Shown here: positions 20,258 through 28,102 of the stretch, piece by piece
How the letters are laid out: each line of letters opens with the position of its first letter
Position numbering within the stretch: the stretch's first letter is position 1
Assembly: GCA_027295155.1 (NCBI GenBank)
Contig: JAPULH010000161.1
Location: 1 to 61,116 of the forward strand
Origin: Gemmatimonadota bacterium
GTDB lineage: Bacteria > Gemmatimonadota > Gemmatimonadetes > Palauibacterales > Palauibacteraceae
Length of the DNA: 61,116 nt
Reading direction: 5' to 3'
Made by a program: the position numbers and the translations under genes
Notes under the pieces: model-generated
Databases searched by the model: none
What the model was told of the DNA's origin: nothing
Seen by the model: only the letters and a program-made list of their open reading frames with translations

Positions 20258-21016
20258 ATGGCTGACCTGAGGGAGATCACGGAGTGGCTGGACCGGTACC
20301 TGGCGATCGACTCCGTGCCCGACTACCCGGGTGCCTTCAACGGACTGCAGGTGGAGAGCCGCTCCCCGATCGAGAGGATAGCGGCGGCCACCGATGCCTC
20401 CCTCTCCACGATCGAAGGCGCCGCGGAGGCAGAGGCGCAACTGCTGCTCGTGCACCATGGCCTGTTCTGGGGCGATCCGCTGCCGCTGACGGGGGTGTCG
20501 TACCGCCGCGTGCGCGCACTCCTCGATGCGGACATGGCACTCTACAGCGCGCACCTCCCCCTGGATGTCCACCCGGAGGTAGGGAACAACGTGCTGCTGG
20601 CCCGAGCCCTCGATCTTTCCATCGAGGGCCGCTTCGGGCGCTCGCAGGGCGATGTCGAGATCGGCGTGTGGGCGGCGGCGGATCTACCGCTCGACGCGCT
20701 GGCCGAGAGGATCGAAGCTGCCTGCGGGAGCGAGCCGCTCGTGATCCCGGGCGGACCGGGTCACGTCCGGCGGGTCGGCGTCGTGACGGGGGGCGGCGGC
20801 TCGCTGATCCAGGCGGCCCACGATGAGGGGCTCGACACGTTCATCACGGGTGAAGGATCCCACCATAACTACCATCAGGCGATGGAGCTCGGCCTGAACG
20901 TCGTGTTCGCGGGCCACTATGCGACGGAAACGTTCGGTGTCCGGGCGCTCGCCGAACGGATGGAGGAAACGTTCGGCCTGGAGTCATGCTTCCTGGACCG
21001 CCCGACGGGGCTGTAG
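20258..21016 (+). CDS. Nif3-family dinuclear metal-centre protein (GTP cyclohydrolase 1 type 2 homologue)
   Basis: 252 aa with conserved His clusters (LLLVHHGLFW; GEGSHHNYH; FAGHYATE) typical of the YbgI/Nif3 family. Confidence 0.82.
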   Translation: MADLREITEWLDRYLAIDSVPDYPGAFNGLQVESRSPIERIAAATDASLSTIEGAAEAEAQLLLVHHGLFWGDPLPLTGVSYRRVRALLDADMALYSAHLPLDVHPEVGNNVLLARALDLSIEGRFGRSQGDVEIGVWAAADLPLDALAERIEAACGSEPLVIPGGPGHVRRVGVVTGGGGSLIQAAHDEGLDTFITGEGSHHNYHQAMELGLNVVFAGHYATETFGVRALAERMEETFGLESCFLDRPTGL

Positions 21017-21042
21017 AAGGTGGCTGAAGACCCTTCGCGCAG

Positions 21043-21969
21043 CTAGAAGACCGAGACCTTGAGCCCCTGGAGGTAGCGCTCGGGCCGCTCGCGCAGGTCT
21101 TTCGTGAGCAGGGCGATCTCCTCGCTGGCTACCTGGATGTTCTCCATGGCCGCCGAGATCTTCACATAGAGCTGCTTGTCGTTGACCAGGAGCCCGAGAG
21201 TTCCTTCCCCCTCGTCCATCTTCCGTGTGATCGAGGCCAGCGAGTGGCTGGTCGAGTCCAGACCGGCCGACGCGCTGCGCAGCCTGGAGGTGATCGAATC
21301 GAGCCTTGCCACCGCGCTTTCCAGCTCGGGTCCTTCCGTGGCCGCGCGCAGCTGTCCGGCGGTCTCGTTCAGGTTCGCGAGCAGGTCGCCGATCGTGCTC
21401 CGCTGCTCCTCGACGAGTCCCTGAAGCTCGTCCATCGCTCCGGCGAACGCCGAGGAGCTGCGATGGATGTCGGCGATCGTCTGGTCGGAGAAGAGCTCCA
21501 CGGCCCGGCCGAGCACGTCGGCCGCCTGGTCTCCCAACTCGCCGGCGATCGCCTCGAGTCCGGCCGCGCCGGAGAGCTGAACGGTGTCGGCATCGGCAAG
21601 GTAGGTCAAGGATCCTCCCGGAAGCAGCACGATCATCTGATTGCCTAGGAAGCCCGAAGACTGGATGATGCCGCGGGTGTCGTCTGGCAGCCGCCCGTCG
21701 TACCGTACGTCCAGCTTCAGCACGACGTACTTATCGTGCAGCTCGACCCGACTCACCGACCCCACGTCCACTCCACGCAGATAAACGCGCGAACCCTTCG
21801 TGATCAGCTGTGCGTCCGGAGTGATCCCGTACAGGGACAGCCCGCCACCTCCGAAGGTGGTATCGCTGAGCCAGAAGACGCCCCACACCAGCAACACGGC
21901 GGAGAGGAGCACCAGCAGGCCCACACGCAACTCGACCGCCCGATTGGAGCGCAGGCCGGGGTCTCTCAT
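21043..21969 (-). CDS. MCE/MlaD-family lipid-binding protein
   Basis: An N-terminal TM helix, then an MCE domain (..YGITPDAQLITKGSRVYLRGVDVGSV..) and a long helical C-terminus. It is the last gene of the mlaE/F/D-like operon. Confidence 0.82.
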   Translation of the reverse strand: MRDPGLRSNRAVELRVGLLVLLSAVLLVWGVFWLSDTTFGGGGLSLYGITPDAQLITKGSRVYLRGVDVGSVSRVELHDKYVVLKLDVRYDGRLPDDTRGIIQSSGFLGNQMIVLLPGGSLTYLADADTVQLSGAAGLEAIAGELGDQAADVLGRAVELFSDQTIADIHRSSSAFAGAMDELQGLVEEQRSTIGDLLANLNETAGQLRAATEGPELESAVARLDSITSRLRSASAGLDSTSHSLASITRKMDEGEGTLGLLVNDKQLYVKISAAMENIQVASEEIALLTKDLRERPERYLQGLKVSVF

Positions 21970-22715
21970 ACGGACCCCGCCAACGCGGAGGTCGGATCCA
22001 GGAACCGCTGGACGCCGGGGTCCGGGGAGGAGCGAAGCTCCTCGGGAGTGCCCAGGGCCCGGATTCTCCCATCCGAGAGCACGGCGATTCGGTCGGCGAG
22101 GTTGAACGCCGAGTCCACGTCATGGGTAACGATCACGCTGGTACTTCCGAGCTCGTTCTTGAGGTGGGCGATCAGCTCGTTGATCTTGGATGCGTTCAGC
22201 GGATCCAAGCCCGTAGTCGGTTCATCGTACAGGATGTACTTCTGGTGCCCCACCACCGCGCGGGCCAGAGCGACGCGCTTCGTCATGCCACCCGAGAGCT
22301 CGGCCGGAAGCAGCCGGAGCACATCCGGCTCCAGGTTCACGTGCTCGAGCGCTTGCAGGACCAGCTTGTCACAATCCATGTCGGGCCGCCGGCAGTGGCC
22401 CTCCGGCAGCCCCAGGAGGATGTTCCCCTCGACGGTGAGCGAGTCGAAGAGCGCGGAGTTCTGAAAGACGTAACTGATCCGCGAACGGATCTCCCGAATC
22501 GTATGGCCGTCTGCCCTGGGAACCGACATGCCATCCACCAGCAGATCCCCCTCGTCAGGATCAAAGAGCCCGACGATGTGCTTGAGCAGGACGCTCTTGC
22601 CGGTGCCGGATGGGCCCATGATGACAAGCGACTCGCCCTCGAGCACGTCCAGATCGATTCCGTCCAGCACCGGCTTGCCGCCGAGGCTCTTCTTGAGGGA
22701 GCGGATCTCGATCAA
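21966..22715 (-). CDS. ABC transporter ATP-binding protein (MlaF-like)
   Basis: Walker A GPSGTGKS, ABC signature LSGGM and Walker B ILYDEPTTGLD. Its end overlaps the mlaD-like start by 4 nt. Confidence 0.92.
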   Translation of the reverse strand: MIEIRSLKKSLGGKPVLDGIDLDVLEGESLVIMGPSGTGKSVLLKHIVGLFDPDEGDLLVDGMSVPRADGHTIREIRSRISYVFQNSALFDSLTVEGNILLGLPEGHCRRPDMDCDKLVLQALEHVNLEPDVLRLLPAELSGGMTKRVALARAVVGHQKYILYDEPTTGLDPLNASKINELIAHLKNELGSTSVIVTHDVDSAFNLADRIAVLSDGRIRALGTPEELRSSPDPGVQRFLDPTSALAGSV

Positions 22716-22769
22716 CGCTTCAGCTCCGCCTCGGTCGCTGGCAAGCCCGGCGGACCCCTCGCCCCACGC

Positions 22770-23579
22770 TCACGATACGGCCTTGTACACCGGCGCCAGG
22801 ATCACGTCCATCACCATGATGGCCACGATGATCGAGACCACCGCCGCCGTGGCCGTGCGGCCGACCCCCGCGGCTCCTCCCTCGGCCCGAAGGCCCACGT
22901 AGGAGGCGATGAAGGTGATGGTGAATCCGAAGATCGGTGCTTTGACCATCGAGAAGATCAGGGCGGCAGAGTGATAATATGAGCGGGCTCCCTCAACGTA
23001 CTCGGCGGTCGTCATCGGCAGGACCGAGACGGCCGTCAACCACCCGGCGAGTATCCCAGCGAAGTTGGCCACGATGATCAGAGGAACCATCGCGATGACC
23101 CCGCCGACTACGCGCGGGACGACCAGTTCGACGACCGGATCCCGGCCGAGCGTAACGAGCGCGTCGATCTGGTCGGTGACCTTCATCGTGCCCAGCTCCG
23201 CGCCGATCCCGGCGCCGGTCCGGCCCGCGACGACGATCGCGGTGAGAACCGGACCGAGCTCCGTGAGCATCCCCCCCACGACTCCGCCTCCCACGAGGGA
23301 CATGGGGAGCATGCTGGAGAGCTGGTAGCCGGTCTGCTGTGCCAGCAGCGCGCCGCTGAGCCCCCCCACCACGATCACCAGGCCCAGCCCGTCGACGCCG
23401 ATCCGTTTCGCCTGTACCATAGCGGCTGACCAGTAGCGACGGGGGTGAGGGAGAACGCACATGGTGGCGGTGAACAAGATCCCCGCGTGGCCCGCATGCT
23501 GGACGCAGGTCAGCGCCTTGGCCCCGATTCGCTCCAGCAAGCCCGTTCGCAGACCAGCGGCGGGTGAGCCCTCAGCCAC
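22770..23579 (-). CDS. ABC transporter permease (MlaE-like)
   Basis: 269-aa polytopic protein with MlaE/Ttg2B-type conserved stretches (ELGPVLTAIVVAGRTGAGIGAELGTMKVTDQIDAL). Confidence 0.88.
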   Translation of the reverse strand: MAEGSPAAGLRTGLLERIGAKALTCVQHAGHAGILFTATMCVLPHPRRYWSAAMVQAKRIGVDGLGLVIVVGGLSGALLAQQTGYQLSSMLPMSLVGGGVVGGMLTELGPVLTAIVVAGRTGAGIGAELGTMKVTDQIDALVTLGRDPVVELVVPRVVGGVIAMVPLIIVANFAGILAGWLTAVSVLPMTTAEYVEGARSYYHSAALIFSMVKAPIFGFTITFIASYVGLRAEGGAAGVGRTATAAVVSIIVAIMVMDVILAPVYKAVS

Positions 23580-24030
23580 CGCGACCCAGCGCCGGTGATG
23601 CAGGACTGACGTCCGGCTCGGGTTGCTCCGCCTCCGCCTCCGGCGGCCGGAGCGAGTCGACAGCGGCGAGAACCAGCTCCCACAGCCCTTTCATACGCTC
23701 CGGATCTCTTCCGGCCACTTCAGCGAAGGCGAAGAGATCCTCTGCGGTCACGCCGAGCTCCTCGGCCAGAGCGATCTCCAGGGAATCCAGCATCCTCACC
23801 CGGTAGCCGTGCCCGCCGCGGCTCTCCAGAAGATCCTTTCGAAACAGAACGAGCCGGGTCATGACTTGCACATAGACGGAATCGTTCACCGCGATCTCGG
23901 TTGCGGGCGAGCGAGCGCAGTCGGCCGCCACGCCGGCGAGAAGCAAGGGCGCGAGGAGCGGAGCGGAGGACAGCGCCAACGCCGAGACGCGCCTACGCCA
24001 GCCGCTCAAGAACGGCCCGGAGCACCACAT
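23572..24030 (-). CDS. Hypothetical secreted or membrane-associated protein with an acidic C-terminus
   Basis: Hydrophobic N-terminus (ALALSSAPLLAPLLLAGVAADC) with no recognisable domain. It overlaps the pepD end and the mlaE-like start, so it is probably co-transcribed. The start is uncertain (ATG 24030 or TTG 24009). Confidence 0.5.
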   Translation of the reverse strand: MWCSGPFLSGWRRRVSALALSSAPLLAPLLLAGVAADCARSPATEIAVNDSVYVQVMTRLVLFRKDLLESRGGHGYRVRMLDSLEIALAEELGVTAEDLFAFAEVAGRDPERMKGLWELVLAAVDSLRPPEAEAEQPEPDVSPASPALGRGG

Positions 24031-25441
24031 AGAAGGTTCCTACCGAATCGATCCTCACTTGTTCGTCGGGGGAGTGCGGGAACTCGATCTGCGGCCCGAA
24101 GGAGATCATGTCCATTCCCTCGTACTTCTCGCCGATGATGCCGCACTCTAAACCGGCATGTATGGCGCCGACCTTTGGCTCGCCGACGATCTCCCCGTAC
24201 ACCCCCTTCACGATGCTCAGCAGGTGCGAGCTCACGTCGGGTTGCCACGCGGGGTAGCCGCCCTCCTCTTCGGCGGTGGCGCCCGCTAGGGCGGCGGTCG
24301 CGCCTATGCGCTGCTGGAGCGCGAGGAGAGCGGAGGCGACCGAGCTTCGGCTGCTGAGGAGGATCTTGACGCGATCGCCGGCGCGCCCGACCACCGCAAG
24401 GTTGGTGCTGGTCTCCACGAGGCCTGCTATCTCGTCGCTCATCGCCATGACGCCGTGCGGAAGCGCGGTGATCAGCTCCAGCGCCCGAACGGTAGTCGCC
24501 GTGTCCCAGGCCCCGCCGGAGGCGCTCGCACCCCCGATCTCGCAGGCCATTCCGGGATCCACTGTTCCGAGCTCCTCCCGTATCGATTCCAGCTCGCGCT
24601 CCAGCCGGGAGGCGAACCCGTCCGACCCTCCGTCGTCGGGGACGAGCACCGTGGCCGAAGCCTCGCGCGGGATCGCGTTGTGGGCGTTTCCTCCCTCGAG
24701 CCTCACGAGGTGGAACCGGATCTCGCGGGAGACGGCGTACAGGGCGCGGGCCAGGAGCTTGATCGCGTTTCCTCGCTGAAGGTGGATATCGACGCCGGAG
24801 TGACCGCCCTTCAAGCCGGCCACTCGGATCTCGTACCCGACGCCATCCGCCCCCGCCTCCTCTCGGAGCGGCAGGTAGAGGAGCGTGTTCATGCCGCCTG
24901 CACAGCCGATCGTCAGCTCCCCTTCGTCCTCCGAGTCGAGGTTGAGCAGCAGCCGGCCTTCGAGCATGTCGGCCCCGAGCTCCGAGGCGCCCGTGAGGCC
25001 GGTCTCCTCGTCGATCGTGAACAGCAGCTCGAGAGGGCCGTGGGCCGTCTCCTCCTCCTCGAGGATGGCCAGCATGGCGGCTATGCCGATGCCGTTGTCG
25101 GAACCGAGCGTCGTTCCTTTGGCCCTCAGGTAACCGTCGGTCAAGCGAGGCTGGATCGGGTCCCTCTCGAAATCGTGCTCGACGTCGGAGTTCTTCTCGT
25201 TGACCATGTCGAGGTGAGCCTGGAGGACGATGATCGGAGCGTTCTCGTGGCCCGGCGCTCCGGGCTTTCGTACCACGACGTTGCCCGCCGCATCCTCCCG
25301 GTGTGCCAGGCCGTGGCGCTCGGCCACCCCGATCACGTACTCGCGCATGCGACCCTCGTTCTTGGAGCCGCGCGGGATCCTCAGGATCTCGTCGAAGTGG
25401 GCCCACACGACCGGCGGCTCCAACTCGGAGACGAACGTCAT
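23993..25441 (-). CDS. pepD: Aminoacyl-histidine (Xaa-His) dipeptidase, M20C family
   Basis: 482 aa with PepD-type N-terminus and metal ligands (..VWAHFDEILRIPRGS.., VLQAHLDMV, GSDNGIGIA, FTIDEETGLTGA). An RBS GAGGAGG lies upstream. Confidence 0.9.
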   Translation of the reverse strand: MTFVSELEPPVVWAHFDEILRIPRGSKNEGRMREYVIGVAERHGLAHREDAAGNVVVRKPGAPGHENAPIIVLQAHLDMVNEKNSDVEHDFERDPIQPRLTDGYLRAKGTTLGSDNGIGIAAMLAILEEEETAHGPLELLFTIDEETGLTGASELGADMLEGRLLLNLDSEDEGELTIGCAGGMNTLLYLPLREEAGADGVGYEIRVAGLKGGHSGVDIHLQRGNAIKLLARALYAVSREIRFHLVRLEGGNAHNAIPREASATVLVPDDGGSDGFASRLERELESIREELGTVDPGMACEIGGASASGGAWDTATTVRALELITALPHGVMAMSDEIAGLVETSTNLAVVGRAGDRVKILLSSRSSVASALLALQQRIGATAALAGATAEEEGGYPAWQPDVSSHLLSIVKGVYGEIVGEPKVGAIHAGLECGIIGEKYEGMDMISFGPQIEFPHSPDEQVRIDSVGTFYVVLRAVLERLA

Positions 25442-25630
25442 CCGCTACCTCCTCTATCCGTTGTACGGTACGGGAAACAAAGAACCGGGCCCGTTTCTCT
25501 GGCGCTTCGCCTCCGGGGGTGACAGCTTCCCGCACGATATCGTCCAAAGGGCCGCCCGTCCATGAGTTCGGCGTGTGTCGCCGTGGCCCGGCAATGCCGC
25601 CGAGGAGAACTCGCTACCGGAGGAGGCTGG

Positions 25631-27610
25631 ATGACCGATCACAAAGAGACTCCTTACGTGCCGGCGAGCACCAGCATGGCCGAGCTGACCTTCAAAGCCC
25701 TCTTCCTGGGCGTGCTGATGGCCATCGTCCTCGGCGCGGCCAACGCCTACATCGGAATGAAGGCCGGGCTCACCGTGGCGGCGACCTTCCCGGCGGCGGT
25801 TGTGGCGATGGCCGCCCTGCGCCCCTTCCGCGGCACGGTGCTGGAGGAAAACATCGCCCGGACCACCGCCTCGGTGGGCGAGGCGCTTGTCGCAGGCGCG
25901 ATCTTCACGCTTCCCGCTTTCATCATCGCCGGCGCCTGGGAGACCCTGCACTACTGGGAGAGCACCTTCATCATGCTGATCGGGGGGCTTCTCGGGGTGC
26001 TCTTCATCATCGTTCTCCGGCGCACACTGGTGGTCGAGGCAGACCTTCCGTTCCCGGAGTCGGTCGCCGCCTCGGAGATCGTGAAGGCGGGGCAGAAGGG
26101 GGATACGGGAGCCAAGTACGTGTTCATCGCCATGGCGCTTGCCGGTCTCTGGGAGCTCTTCAAGAACTCCAACGGGATCCAGTTGGTGCGGGAGCGGACC
26201 GACGCGGTGTTCGAGTTCAGCCGCTCGACAATCGAAATGTTGGGGGGCAAGATCGAGTACGCCGGCGGCCTGCTCGTCGCGACGCCCTCGGCCTCGCCGG
26301 CCCTGATAGGCGTCGGCTTCATCGTAGGCCTGCGCGTGTCTGCGGTTCTGTTCGCGGGCGCCGTGATGGGCTGGCTCGTGTTTGTCCCGCTCGCCGTGTT
26401 CCTGAATCCCGCGCTCACGGAGAGCGTGGGCGCGGGCGTCCCATTCGCCGACTTGGCTGGGGAGGTGTGGTCGAAACAGATTCGGCCGCTCGCGGTCGGC
26501 ACGATGATCGTCGCCGCCTTCTACACGCTTTACAGCCTCAAAGACGCGTTGTTCAGAGGGATCCGAAAGGCGATGGGAGACATCGGCTCGGCGGCAGGGA
26601 GAGAGGCGGTCGAGCGGACGGAGATCGATCTCCCCTTCAAGAGGATCTTGCCCGCCATCGGGGTGATGGCCGTGGCCACCTTCTTCCTCTACTACTTCTT
26701 CACGGGCTCGCTCGGAGGCGCCGTCGTACTCACGGTCGTCATGGTGATTCTCGGCTTCCTGTTCGCCGCGGTGGCGGGCTACCTGGTTGGCCTGATAGGC
26801 AGCTCCAACAACCCGATCTCCGGCCTCACGCTCAGCGCTCTGCTGATCGCTGCCGTTCTGATGGTTGCCATGGGAGTGGTCAGTATGCAGGGCGTCGCCG
26901 GCGTGCTCGGAGTGGCGGGGGTCGTGTGCTGCACGGCCGGAGTGGCGGGCGACATGATGCAGGATCTGAAGGTCGGGCACATTCTGGGCGGGACGCCGTG
27001 GCGCATGCAGGTCGGCGAGATCGTGGGCGTCATCGTCGCCTCCTTCGTTCTTGCCTTTGCCATCATGGCGCTTCACAAGGCGTACGTGATCGGATCGGCG
27101 GAACTGCCGGCGCCCCAGGCCGGGCTGATGGCGCTGATGGCCACCGGGATCGTCGGCGGTCAGATGGCGTGGCCGCTGGTGATCGTCGGGATGTTGCTCG
27201 CGGTGGCGTTGATCCTCGTCAAAGCCCCCTCGCCCATGCTCATCGCCGTGGGGATGTACCTCCCGTTCTACTCGACCGGCGCGATCTTCGTGGGCGGCCT
27301 CATCCGCGGGATGTTGGAGAGGCGGCTGCAGCGAGCTCAAGCCAGCGAGGAGGAGCGGCTGCGGGCCACGAACGTGGGGGTCCTGCTCTCGTCGGGCTTC
27401 ATCGCCGGGGAGTCGCTGATGGCGGTCCTGCTGGCGTTCCTCCTGATGGGGGGCGACTTCCTCCCGTTCCTCCTGCGGGTCAAGGCGAGCCTTACGCCGG
27501 AGATGGCACCGAGCTTCCTGTTGGGCCTGATCGTCTTCCCGGCGTTGGTCTACGCGCTTGTTTGGTTCCCAATCCGCCGGATGCGGGTGGGCGGAATGGG
27601 CGTCGAGTAG
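25631..27610 (+). CDS. OPT-family oligopeptide transporter
   Basis: 660-aa polytopic protein with an OPT-type N-terminus (ELTFKALFLGVLMAIVLGAANAYIGMKAGLTV). ATG 25631 is preceded by GGAGGAGG, while the ORF-track start at 25562 lacks an RBS. Confidence 0.88.
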   Translation: MTDHKETPYVPASTSMAELTFKALFLGVLMAIVLGAANAYIGMKAGLTVAATFPAAVVAMAALRPFRGTVLEENIARTTASVGEALVAGAIFTLPAFIIAGAWETLHYWESTFIMLIGGLLGVLFIIVLRRTLVVEADLPFPESVAASEIVKAGQKGDTGAKYVFIAMALAGLWELFKNSNGIQLVRERTDAVFEFSRSTIEMLGGKIEYAGGLLVATPSASPALIGVGFIVGLRVSAVLFAGAVMGWLVFVPLAVFLNPALTESVGAGVPFADLAGEVWSKQIRPLAVGTMIVAAFYTLYSLKDALFRGIRKAMGDIGSAAGREAVERTEIDLPFKRILPAIGVMAVATFFLYYFFTGSLGGAVVLTVVMVILGFLFAAVAGYLVGLIGSSNNPISGLTLSALLIAAVLMVAMGVVSMQGVAGVLGVAGVVCCTAGVAGDMMQDLKVGHILGGTPWRMQVGEIVGVIVASFVLAFAIMALHKAYVIGSAELPAPQAGLMALMATGIVGGQMAWPLVIVGMLLAVALILVKAPSPMLIAVGMYLPFYSTGAIFVGGLIRGMLERRLQRAQASEEERLRATNVGVLLSSGFIAGESLMAVLLAFLLMGGDFLPFLLRVKASLTPEMAPSFLLGLIVFPALVYALVWFPIRRMRVGGMGVE

Positions 27611-27614
27611 TAAG

Positions 27615-28022
27615 GTGCGGCTCGCCCGGCACCGCGGGGGACGTGGCCCTGTGCGCACCTGGAGGGAAACGGCGCGTGCCGCGCCGAACCTGCTCGAGTG
27701 GACCCCGGTGCGCGTCGCGGAGTGGCGTGATGTGGACGGAGGCGTCGTGCTGGAGCGTCCGCCGCCGAAGCGAAGCGGGATCCGAGGCATCGGCCGCCTG
27801 ACGTCGTTCATGGCAGCTCAGCGAGTGCGCCTGGACGACATCGGGAGCTTCTCGTGGAGGCGCTTCGATGGCGAGACCACCGTAGGAGAGGTGTGCGGGG
27901 CGCTGCGAGAGCGCTTTGGGGAGAGCGTGGAACCGGCGGAGGAACGGCTCGGCCGATTCCTCCACAGTCTGCGTCGTGAAGGCTTCCTGTTCTACCGGGA
28001 GGAGGGGGGGCGCTGGGCCTAG
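27615..28022 (+). CDS. PqqD-family (RRE-type peptide-binding) protein
   Basis: The C-terminal ~60 aa (RVRLDDIGSFSWRRFDGETTVGEVCGALRERFGESVEPAEERLGRFLHSLRREGFLFY) fits the PqqD pattern of winged helix plus three helices. The start is GTG 27615, or GTG 27651 which has GGGGGA 9 nt upstream. Confidence 0.72.
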   Translation: MRLARHRGGRGPVRTWRETARAAPNLLEWTPVRVAEWRDVDGGVVLERPPPKRSGIRGIGRLTSFMAAQRVRLDDIGSFSWRRFDGETTVGEVCGALRERFGESVEPAEERLGRFLHSLRREGFLFYREEGGRWA

Positions 28023-28102
28023 CGCCGAGCGGGCGGGCCCTGGTCCGTCTCACGGCGGCCCTCACCCTGCTCCTGCCGGTCCGGCTCGCCGAGGGCCAGA
28101 CG

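Noticed and set aside
25458-25474. Possible weak relatives of the repeat core upstream of pepD (ccgttgtacggtacggg; the reverse strand reads CCCGTACCGTACAACGG) and upstream of the epimerase gene (35731-35739, agtacgtgg).
   Set aside because: Only 8-10 nt are shared (CCGTAC / CCACGTAC), and the CTTCTTCAAC arm is missing. Matches of this length are expected by chance a few times in 2 x 61 kb of GC-rich sequence.
25303-27811. 832-aa (+) and 785-aa (-) ORFs overlapping the OPT transporter gene. Similar >=400-aa shadow ORFs include 5011-6837(-), 6653-8110(-), 9167-10411(-), 12263-13555(-), 14662-16944(-), 24006-25547(-), 34526-35731(-), 38939-40954(-), 44218-45930(-), 45315-46826(-), 47946-49772(-), 48038-49789(+), 52214-53755(-), 56766-58112(-) and 59003-60559(-).
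   Set aside because: Each overlaps a gene with clear family motifs in another frame or strand. The translations are dominated by Arg/Gly/Pro/His/Asp runs typical of out-of-frame GC-rich sequence, and none shows a recognisable motif.
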